Source: Mustelus asterias (lineage: Eukaryota). From it: DNA of 64,000 nucleotides. Within the stretch, counting starts at the first letter, position 1, and the number at the start of each line of letters is the position of its first letter. Positions 43,601-55,600 of the stretch are shown here, one piece after another. A program made the translations under genes and the position numbers. Below the pieces are notes generated by a model. The model made no database searches and was not told the origin of the DNA. It worked only from the letters and a program-made list of their open reading frames with translations. Location of the stretch: the NCBI RefSeq assembly GCF_964213995.1, contig NC_135825.1, positions 12,214,001-12,278,000 of the forward strand, in the 5' to 3' direction.

Positions 43601-46600
43601 TGTGCCACATAACTGCAATTCTCCCCTGATCTGTTGATCACTGACACTGAAACCATTTCACTGGATTTTTCTTCCTGGTGATTTGAGGCTGTGCAGTAAT
43701 ATTGATGATGTTGCTGTGTGAAGGATTGACAATGTAGATCCAGTTTATTGGTGTCAGAGATCTCTGAATCTTCAGACGGGGTCTTTTCATGCCATGTGTA
43801 CTGAATGGGAAGTGATCCCTGGACAGACTCACAGGAGACGGACACTGAGCCCCCAGAACATGAGGCATTTGGTGGTGATAAAAATTTAAGTTCAGGAACA
43901 GACACGGGTTCTGTGGAAAAGACAATCATTAACGGATTTTCACAGTAACTTCATTGCAGTGTTAATGTAAACCTAATTGTGACACTAATTTATAAAAGCT
44001 TTAACAATAAACTTTAAAATTTTAAACTTTAGAATGACCAAAAAATTAAATCGTTTCATAGTCCCAATATTTCTACACCTCATCCAGGGTGTGAGGCGGA
44101 AGGGGAAGTGTTAGAGAGAGAGAGAGTTGGCAGTGGGAGCTTGGCCGAATGCAGGTAGTATCTATTGATTGCTGTCATGAACAGCAGATATTCATGATAG
44201 CAGATTAGTTAGTAACAATCATTGGAGTGTGACCTGAGATAGACTGTGGATGTTTGCTGAGATAACGGAGACTTAAATATCTTTCCAAAAATCTAATCTT
44301 GACCTGAAATCCACCTCCGCTGCCAGTTGGAATTGGGAATTTGGCGCTCAGCCAAATCTCCATTCACAGCAGCGGGACTGGATAATTCCAGCTGCGGACG
44401 AGTTTGGTGAATTCCAGCCATTGTTTGGAGTTGTATTTAACATTTAACAGTAAGTACCGTTTAACACTTAAGTGTGAGTACTGTTTAAAGTCGAGGGCGG
44501 GGTTTTATGGCCTCGAATGAGCGAGACGGAAAATACCGCCCAAGGTCAACACCCTTGAGTCTGCCCCACACCCGCTCCGATACCATGGCGGGCGAGGCAG
44601 TAAAATTCCGACGTACGTATCATCCAAAGGACATGAGCTGGGAGATAGAAGCTATCCACTGGCAGCAACTGGAATAGTTAATTGGGGAAACTGGCTTGAA
44701 CTGGTCTTTTTGTACTGAGTCCCTTTGTTTTTGAACATATAAATTTAGACATTCTCAGTGCAAACAGCACTGGAGTCTGCCTTCAACCGAGTATGGACGT
44801 TTAATGAGCTGAAGGAATTTACTACAGGGGAAGAAGTGAGCTGTTGGTGAGTATCTGGGGAGTATCCCGGAAGTGGGCAAGGTCTATTATCCAGGCATTG
44901 GGAGCAAGGGTGAGGTCCTTGCCAACTTGTTCACCAGGAGAACGGGGTTCAAGGTGCAATAAATCTGACCCCATCTCTCTGGATCATTACTCTTGGCCTC
45001 TGAATTACAATTCCTGCAACATAATCATTGTTCTAACTGCCCTCTAGCTGCCAGACTCTGCACTGCTGCGGAGCCTCGGGATATCGGAGCTGTCAATGTC
45101 TCCTCCCAGGTAAAGCACCGATCAGACATTTCAGTCGAGAGTAATAAAGATAATCACGGAGAACAATGTACCGTCAGATATTTGTAGCTTTACAGGAAAC
45201 ATTGAAAGGAAGCCGGGCTTATCAATACCACAGCTGTACCATCCTGCATCTCCTGAATGAAGATCCTCCATAGTAACAACAAATAATGCTTGTGTCTTGT
45301 GATCTGTGATCGACATTCTCCCTCGCCGTCCATCTGGATCGTCTGATTTTACCAAAACAGAGCACTGACGACTCCAAGTTTTCACATGTGACTGAGACAA
45401 TTTGTCATAGTGACAATCTATAGTGATCGATCTTCCCAAAACTCCTGTTACATTATTTTTTGCCCACAATGCACTTGCAGCTGAAAAGACAACAGGTCAA
45501 AAATTGAACTGAAAATAATTGCTTCATACAACCAGATATATTTCAATAGGATTTACCACTGTGTTCAGAGAAATCTCTCCAATACACCTTCTAATGTAAT
45601 TGGATACTTCCTTGTTTGATATCGTTGGGCACATTGAATATGTGCTTCCGGCGGATTGATAATTAGACAACCATATTGAGATTGTATCCCAAGCCCTTTA
45701 TAAAGCAAGACCCTGAGTGGTTCCATTAATCTTTTAGTCCTGGTTGGGACCTGTTGTGTTCACCACAGGTGTGTGGGAATTCTTTATTTTCATTTTGTAC
45801 AATAGAAGCACGGTTCCTTCACAGCCGGCTCCTCGAGTTATTATATTCTCAAACAGCAATTCTCAGACAGCAGATTGTCTGCTCATGATCACGTTGCTCT
45901 TAGAGGGAGCTTATTGCTCACAAATTGGTGCTGAGCTTCCTACATCACAACAATGGCTCTGAATCAGTTCCAGCATTGACCAGAACGGACTTTAAAACTG
46001 TCCTGAAGATGTGAAAAGTGCAAAATAAATGCAATTCTATTTTTATTCCAATTGCTTCGAGCAACTGATAGAACATAAACCATGAGCAATTCAGACTGAT
46101 GTTAATTTAAAAATTCGTTGTACTTTTTGAAGCGAAAAGAGATATTTACCAATGTTGCTGATTTGTGTTAAATAACTGCAGTCATTCTCTGAAATGTGGA
46201 TCACTGACACTGTAACCATTTCACTGGATTTTTTTCCCTGGTTATTTGAGGCTGTGCAGTAATATTGATGACGTCGCTGTTTGAAGGATTGACAATGTAG
46301 ATCCAGATTATTGGTGTCAGAGATCTTTGAATCTTCAGACGGGGTCTTTTCATACCATGTGTACTGAATGGGAAGTGATCCCTGGACAGACTCACAGGAG
46401 ACGGACACTGAGCCCCCAGAACATGAGGCATTTGGTGGTGATAAAAATCTAAGTTCAGGAACAGACACGGGTTCTGTGGGAAAGAAACAAACATTCAGAA
46501 ACTGACTGAGCATCTAAAAATCAAACACTCTGTGAATTTCAGCTCATCAACCTCTCATTCAGGGTCAGTCATGTTGCAATCTCACCAACACATCCAGCTC

Positions 46601-49600
46601 TCCATTTCTCTCCATCCTCCAAGCAGCCTGAACTACAATGTCTGCTATTATATCAGAACATCGCAGCTCTCCAGATCAAACCATGAACCAGGACCGAAAG
46701 ATTTAAATTTAATGGTGAGTGGATTAGATGAGATTTGGGGCAATGGGTTATTTCACTCGGGGGATGTTGAGGGTCTGGAACTCACTGCCTGGAAGAGTGG
46801 TCGAGGGTGGGAGAGGCGGATAACCTGATCACATTAAACAAAATGGATTAAACTTGAGATGCTGTAACCTACAGAGCTCTGGATCAAGAACTAGATGGTG
46901 GGATTAGATTGGATTGCTTGTTCAGTCAACCCAGTGTGGCACAGTGGCACAGTGATTAGCACTGCAGCCACATAGCACCAGGGACCCGGGTTCAATTCTA
47001 GCATTGGCTGTGTGGTCAGTGTGGAGTTTGCACGTTTTCCCCGTGTCTGCGTGGTTTTCCTCTGGGTGCTTCAGTTTCCTCCCACAACCAAAGATATGCA
47101 GATACCCATGGGGAGGTGATGGCCCAGTGGTGTTATCGCTAGCCTATAAATCCATAATCTCATCTAATGTTCTGGGGACCAGGGTTCGAATCCCGCCATG
47201 GCAGCAGTTGGAATTTGATTTCAATAAAGAAAATCTGGAATTAAGAATCTACTGATCACCATGAAACCATTGTCAGTTATTGGAAAACCCATCTGGTTCA
47301 CTCATGTCCGTTAAAGAAGGAAATCTACCATCCTTTCCTGGTCTGGCCTACATGTGATGCCAGAGCCAAAGCAATGTGGTTAATTCTTGACTGTCCTCTG
47401 AAATGGCCTCGCAAACCTCTCAGGATGGCAATAAATGCCACCCAGCCAGCGATGCCCATGTCCACAAATGAATAAAACAAATACTGGCACCTCCCACCAG
47501 GCACCAGGCAGTGCCAATGTGGGTGGTGCTGGCGGGGGAGTTGGCATTCTGGGGGGTGGGGCCTATTGGGGGCTCAATGTGTTGGGGGGTTTTCAGTGAC
47601 ACTGTGCACTGGGATCAGTGTGAGAAGGAGAGAGGAGGGGGACCAGGGCTGGCTATCTGGGTGGGGGGAGATCGGGGCTGGCCCGGGAGAGCTCTGGTAG
47701 GCCAGTGATTGGATGGTTGTGGGGGGTCGGGATGGCCAGCGATCGGGAGGCTAGCGGTGAGGGGGCCACTGTGCATGCGCCACTCTCCGCAGTGACAGAT
47801 CGGTGTGTGTGCAGTGGCTCACTCAGCACTATACTGCCAGCCTCTCTAGTGGGATTTGGACCCGCTCACCACATTTCAGAGTGAATCAATCTGTGTCGGA
47901 GAATCGTTCTGGTCCGTCCCTTATGTTGTCAAATGAGCCTCTTCAGACACTGGAGTTGCAACACATCAAGGAAGCTGATCAGGAAACGTGTACTCCCTGT
48001 GTTGTGGGATAGCCCGTCAGTGAGTTGCTTGTCTCTGTTCATTCCTTTGTCTTGTGGAGCTCAGGGTCTGTGTGGAGTAGGTAGTTGCTGCTATTGGTGC
48101 TATTGGTCACCTGGGTCCTCATCTGAGGCCCAAAATAAAACAGCCTGAGAACCACCCATGCTGATCTGATAGATACAATCACCAAAATGTAACCCAGAAA
48201 TACACATTACCATCTCTGTTGTGAAAGTCTGTAAATACTGATATAAAAACCTTTCACACAATCAGGCGAGAAATAAGCAGTGAGGTTCCAATGCTCCTTG
48301 GCATCTTTCCCAGTCACTTCTTCAGCCTCCCCCATTGCCTCTGTCTTCTGCCCTTGCTCAGTAACCCGAGCAGCCATAGTTAGATTTCACTAATTGCACT
48401 CACTGAGCGATTAATAGACTGAAATTGATAACCCGTCTCTCACTGGGGGGATTTGATCACACACGGATTGACACATTTAATGTTTCTGATGCGCGACAAT
48501 TAAGCACGTGGAACCAAGGCTTCGATATTGAAGGCTTTTATTGTGTAACAATGGAACTACTAACACGAATACACCAGTTCAGACTGAAGGGGTCCTGCCG
48601 GAGCAGGGGGTCTTATACCTCGCCACCGGAGGCGGGACCCCACTGGAATGTGCCATGATAACTCTTATAACAGGTAAACACCCTAACCCAACAGCATTGT
48701 ACAACCCCCACAGTAACAACACCCTAGCCCAACAGTAACATAATAACAACCCCCAGTGGTGAACCAACGATGGTTCACCACATTCACCCCTCCTTTAAGA
48801 ACAAAAGGTGGCGGGGTGCAAGAAAAAACAGGTCATATAAACAGAATTCACAAGTCCAGACGGTCTGGAGGACCGCACCGACGCTGTGATCTCCTCAACA
48901 CCGGTTGCGAAACCGGAGCAGGTGCTTGCGGTGGCGTTCTTTCCAAAACAACGTCTGGCTGTCCCCTCAAGGACTCCCGGGCCGGTTGGCCCTGGTGAGG
49001 CGATGGTGCAGGGGATCCTGGAACCTTTGGTGGTGGTGGTGGTGGTGATGATGGTCGCGCCGATCTCCCGAGTCTCAGGCAAGCTGTACATGGGAGTAAA
49101 AGTGTTATGCACTGGTCCCGGTGCTGACCGCGCCACGTCTGGGGAAGCAATGAGGAGTAGTGGATTCGTGACTGGGGGAATAGGAGCGACAGGAGTTGCT
49201 ACGTCCCCTGCGGGCGCCAGGTCTCTAATGGAGACAGTGTCCTCTCGCCCGTCAGGATATGCCACATAGGCATACTGAGGGTTGGCGTGGAGGAGTTGGA
49301 CCGGTTCGACCAAGGGGTCGGACCTGCGAGCCCTCACATGTCGCCGCAGAAGGACGGGTCCTGGGTACGTCAACCAGGCTGGCAATGAGGTTCCCGAGGA
49401 CGACTTCCGAGGGAATGAGAACACCCTCTCGTGGGGAGTAGCATTGGTTGCCGTACACAGGAGGGAGCGGATAGAATGGAGTGCCTTTGGAAGGACCTCC
49501 TGCCAACGGGAGACTGGAAGGCCCCTGGATTTCAGTGCCAGTAGGACAGCCTTCCAGACTGTAGCATTCTCCCTTTCCACCTGTCCGTTACCCCTAGGGT

Positions 49601-52600
49601 TGTAGCTCGTGGTTCTACTAGAGGCAATCCCGAATGAGAGCAGGAATTGCCTCAAGTCGTTGCTCATGAACGACGAGCCCCTGTCGCTATGAATGTAGCA
49701 GGGGTACCCGAACAGGGTAAAAAGCTCACTGAATGCCTTGATGACGGTGGCAGTCGACGTGTCCGCACAGGGGACAACAAACGGAAACCGGGAATACTCG
49801 TCTATTATGTTGAGGAAATAGACATTCCGGTCCGTTGAGGGAAGGGGGCCCTTAAAATCCACACTCAGCCTCTCAAAAGGGCGAGTGGCCTTGACCAATT
49901 GTGCCCGGTCTGGTCGATAAAAGTGTGGTTTGCATTCTGCGCAACTCCGACAGCTTCTCGTCACTGACCTGACATCCTCCACCGAGTAGGGCAGGTTGCG
50001 GGCTTTGACGAAGTGGTAGAGTCTGGTGACTCCAGGATGACACAGATCATTGTGGAGAGCCTTCAAGCGGTCCTCCTGCATGATGGCGCATGTTCCGCGC
50101 GAGAGGGCATCCGAGGGCTCATTGAGCTTCCCTGGACGATACATAATATCGTAATTATAGGTGGAGAGCTCAATTCTCCACCGCAAGATCTTATCGTTCT
50201 TGATCTTGCCCCTCTGCGTGTTGCTGAACATAAACGCCACGGATCGTTGATCCGTGATCAGGGTGAACCGCTTCCCTGCCAGGTAATGGCGCCAGTGTCT
50301 GACTGCCTCCACAATGGCCTGAGCCTCCTTCTCCACCGCTGAGTGCCGAATTTCGGGGCCTTGAAGGGTGCGGGAAAAGAACGCGACGGGCCTGCCTGCC
50401 TGGTTTAGTGTGGCGGCTAGGGCGAAATCAGATGCATCACTCTCCACCTGGAAAGGGATGGATTCATCCACCGCGTGCATCGTGGCTTTCGAGATGTCGC
50501 TTTTCAAAGCCTTGAAGGCCAATTGGGCCTCCGGCGTAAGTGGGAAGGTCGTGGACTTAATGAGCGGACGAGCTTTGTCCGCGTAGTTGGGGACCCACTG
50601 TGCATAATACGAAAAGAACCCGAGGCATCTCCTCAGTGCTTTCGTGCTAGCGGGCAAGGGAAGTTCAGTAAGTGGGCGCATACAGTCTGGATCAGGGCCA
50701 ATGACCCCGTTTTCCACCACGTATCCGAGGATGGCTAACCTACGCGTACGGAATACGCACTTCTCCCTGTTATAGGTCAGATTCAGGCGAGATGCAGTGC
50801 GCAGAAAGTGTTGGAGATTCATGTCGTGGTCCTGCTGGTCATGGCCGCAGATGGTGACGTTATCCAGGTACGGGAAGGTAGCCCGCAACCCGTTCTGGTC
50901 CACCATTCGGTCCATAGCACGCTGGAAGACCGAGACCCCATTGGTGACACCAAATGGAACCCTGAGGAATTGGTATAGACGACCATCCGCCTCAAAAGCC
51001 GTATATTGTCGGTCCTCTGGGCGGATGGGGAGTTGATGGTAGGCGGACTTAAGGTCTATGGTAGAAAACACTCGGTACTGCGCAATCTGATTGACCATAT
51101 CAGAAATGCGCGGGAGAGGATACGCATCCAGCTGCGTATAACGATTAATGGTCTGACTATAGTCGATGACCATCCGAGGTTTGTTCCCGCTTTTGACTAC
51201 CACGACCTGCGCTCTCCACGGACTAGCACTGGCCTGTATGATCCCTTCCTTGAGGAGCCGCTGAACCTCAGATCTAATAAAGATCCGGTCCTCAGCGCTG
51301 TAACGCCTACTTTTAGTAGCGATGGGCTTGCAGCCAGGTACCAGATTTTTAAAAAGGGATGGTGTAGTGATTTTCAGGGTGGATAGATTGCATGCGGGGC
51401 GCTTTGGGCAATTTGGAGGCTGCGGCTGATTCCCTACTGCCAGTGAAGGGAGTGGCCCACCGTACTGTAGGATCACACTCTTCATGTGGACCATAAAGTT
51501 TAGTCCGAGGAGAATTGGCGCGCAAAGGTGAGGTAACACAAGGAGCCTGTATTGCTCGTAAATTGTGCCCTGTACCTCAAGAGTTACCATACATCGTCCT
51601 TGGATCGGTACAGACCGGGACCGTGATGCCATGGAAATTGTCTGCTTGGCAGGGAGAACCCGGAGTCCACACCTTTTAGCAGTTTCAGGGTGTATGAAAC
51701 TTTCGGTGCTCCCACTGTCAAACAGACAATTCACAGTTCGACCACTAACCTTTATATCCATCATGGAATTTTCAAGTCTGTAGTGCCTGGTCTGGTCCAG
51801 GGAGATCGACGCCACCGTTGGCCCCTGGGCATCACTGCATGCTGCCGATGTGGATGCTGAGGACCCCTGCTGGTCGCTCCCAGTCGTCGTGGACCATGAT
51901 GGCCGCCCCCATGAATCGCACATGGGCGAGGGCGCCAAGCGCAGCGACTCCTGGTGGTCTTCCTCCTCCTCCGTCAGCCACGATGGCGCCGTCCTGGGAT
52001 CGCACGTGGTCGGACCTCGTGGGTACTGCGACGCTGAAGGAGATTGTCTCCGTTCTGGAGGGTTACAAGCTGCACTGCCGTTTTTAGGCTTGGACCTGCA
52101 GACTTTGCCGTAGTGGCCTTTTTTACCGCACTGGCTGCAGATTGCCGTTCCTGCCGGACACTGTTGCCGTGGATGCTTGGCCCCACCACAAAAATAGCAT
52201 CGCTGGCCACCTGGAGCTGCCGCCGTCGTCGGATCGATCTGGGAGCGCGGGTTAGCGGGGCGAGGAGGGAGCTGAGCTTGCTCCAGCCACGTTGACTGCA
52301 CGTGGTCCTCGGGGTACAGCGCCAAGCTCTTCGACGCCGCTTCCAGCATCACGGCCATCTCCATTGCTTGGGTCAAGTCGAGTTTCCACTTTTCCAGCAA
52401 TTTAAGCCTGATGTACGAGGACCCTACCCCTGCTACGAACGCGTCTCGGGCGAGGTCGTACATATATTGTTCGGCTGATACGTCTTTACAATCGCAACCC
52501 CTGGCAAGCTGCAGGAGCTCATTGGCGTAGTCCTCCATGGTTTCGCCCGACTGCCGACGTCGTGTAGCGAGGAGGTAACGAGCATGTATCTCGTTGGGTG

Positions 52601-55600
52601 GCTTCGTGTACCTTTTGTTTAGGAGCTCGACGGCACCCGGGTAAGTGGGAGCTGCACGAATGGCGAGATAAATCGTGTCACTTACCCTTGCGTGGAGGAC
52701 CTGGAGTTTATCACTGTCTGTAGTGATAGCTACTGAGGCTGCCAGGTAGTCCTCGAAACACTTCCACCAATGGTCGAATGTGTTAGCTGCACCGACCGCA
52801 CGTGGGTCCAGTGTCAGACGATCCGCTTTTAAGATCTGTTCCATACTCTCTTTTTTTTTGTACAGCTGTGAGTTTTCTGTTACACAATAAAATTGATGCG
52901 CGACAATTAAGCACGTGGAACCAAGGCTTCGATATTGAAGGCTTTTATTGTGTAACAATGGAACTACTAACACGAATACACCAGTTCAGACTGAAGGGGT
53001 CCTGCCGGAGCAGGGGGTCTTATACCTCGCCACCGGAGGCGGGACCCCACTGGAATGTGCCATGATAACTCTTATAACAGGTAAACACCCTAACCCAACA
53101 ACATTGTACAACCCCCACAGTAACAACACCCTAGCCCAACAGTAACATAATAACAACCCCCAGTGGTGAACCAATGATGGTTCACCACAGTTTCCATGGA
53201 GATTTTTATGATCATTTGGAACATTTGGAATATTGTGTCCAATTCTGGTCACCACACAACCAGAAGGATGTGGAGGCTTTGGAGAGAGTGCAGAAAAGGT
53301 TGACCAGGATGTTGCCTGGTATGGAGGGTATTACCTATGAGGAGAGTTTGAATGAGCTGGGATTGTTCTCCCTGGAAAGACAGAGGCTGAGGGGCAACCT
53401 GAGAGAAGTTTATAAAATTATGAGAGGTGTGGATAGAGTGAACAGTTGGAAGCTTTTTCCCAGGGCAGAAATGACAATTAGAAGGACGCACAAGTTCAAG
53501 ATAACGGGGGAAAGATTCAGTGGAGATGTGCGGGAGAACTTTTTTACACAGAGGGTGGTGGGCGCCTGGAATGCACTGCCAAGTGAGGTGGTTGAGGCAC
53601 TTATATTAGCTATATTTAAGGTTTTATCTTGGTAGACGTATGAACAAACAGGGAATAGAGGAATATAAGCATTGGTAAACGTGATCAGCACAGGAAGGGC
53701 CTGTTCCTGTTCTGTCCTGTTCTTTGTTCTTTGTTCTTTGATCCCTTTAAGGGGCTTTCACCATATTGGATTATTTAATTGTTTAATTTGCCAATTTGTT
53801 AACTTTTAATCTGTCAGCTTCACCCTGAATTTTCAGTGGTTTATTTGAAAGAAGCACAAACTGACACATTGCGGATACATCTGGATGTTGGGAGTTTGAC
53901 TGGCTTCCCAACATATTGTCAATTTCTGTGTATTTAACCCCCTCTGTGCTCCCCCACCCACCCCCACAGCCCCACCATTCAGCGCTAAACCAACAAGGTA
54001 CAATTACTACCAACTGGCTGCTCACTTCACTTTGTTAATGTCTGACTATTGGATTGATCTGGACTGTAAAAATCTGACAGTGTGATATTTAAGACATTTC
54101 AGAGACAGGAAAATATTCTGAGCATCGCGGGTAATGTCTTTCACAATATCCTGCAGTTAAAGGAATTGTTTGTCTGATTATGTTTGAAGTTCTTGATCAG
54201 AATGTTGGACAGGCCACGAATTGAGTTTGTGTCACAAGAGTCGGATTTCCAGATCTCTGCCCTCTAGCTGCCAGACTCTGCATTGCTGCAGAGCCTCGGG
54301 ATATCGGAGCTGTCAATGTTTCCTTGTGGATAAAACATGGATCAGACATTTCAGTAATAAAGAAAATCATTCAGAATAATGTACCGTAAGATATTTGCAG
54401 CTCCACGGTTACCTTTGGATCTAAGTCAGGTATATCAATTCCACAGCGATACCATCCTGCATCTCCTGAGCGAAGATCCTCCATCGTAACAGCAAATATT
54501 CCTTGTGCCTTGTTATCTGTGATCGACATTCTCCCTCGCCGTCCATCTGGATCATCCGTTCTCACTAAATATGAGCACTGTTCAGTCCAACCGTGACACC
54601 AATATTTCACGTTTTGTTTGTATTTCCCTTTATAATTGCAATTTATTGTGATCGATCTTCCCACAATTCCTGTGACTTTCTTTTCTGCCCACAATGCACC
54701 TGAAACTGAGGAGACAACATTTCAGCAATTGACCAAGTAAATAACTGCTTCATACAGAGAGAAACATTTTAATAAGATTTACCACTGTGTACAGAGGAAA
54801 CTCTCCAATACCTGTATTCATCATTCTCTTTCTAGTTTGTGATGAATGAAAACATGAATATAGAGCCGTGCTGTCAGTGCCAAAGTACTTCACTGACAAT
54901 GATTTCTTGTTATGTACAGTGGCCATTGTTATTGTGTCACCTTGTCACTCAAGCTTTGCACTGGCGCCTCTGAATGGGTGGATTGCAGGGTCAGGTCCCA
55001 CTCCAGAGACTGGAGTATAAAATCTACACTAACATTCCAGTGTAATACTGAGGGACAAGATGGCTCAGATTTTCCTCCCTCAGTCATGTTCAAAGAGCTC
55101 GGTGATGCCATTCAGGTGAAAGGTTCATCTGACACCCAGGTCTGGAGGTTCCCTGTCATGGAGAAAATCCCGGGAATGGCTGGAATTTCAAAGTCCTAAG
55201 AGTGGGAGCGGGACTGGAATCAGGCTGCATACACGATTCGTGGAGGCGAATTGTCATTAAATTCAACACCTGCCTTGATTTAAGTGAGATTTTGGATGAA
55301 CAGGAGTGTGGAATCCGGTGTGTGCAGATTAGAATAGTTAAGAGAAGGTTTGAACTTGGTGGATTCTTATGGACAGCCAGGGTATGCCTTCTGGACAGGA
55401 AAGTTACTCTTTGGAAGAGGAAAGTTACTCTTTGGGAGGGGAAAATTACTCTTTGAGGGGGGAAAGTTCCTCTTTGTGGGGAGAAATTTATTCTTTGGGA
55501 CAAACTCTGGTGAGTGGTCAGGGCCAGAGTGATTATCTGGTTGTTTCAATTATTCTATTTATTAACCATGGCGCTGGGGCACAGAAACAGGCCTTGTGTC

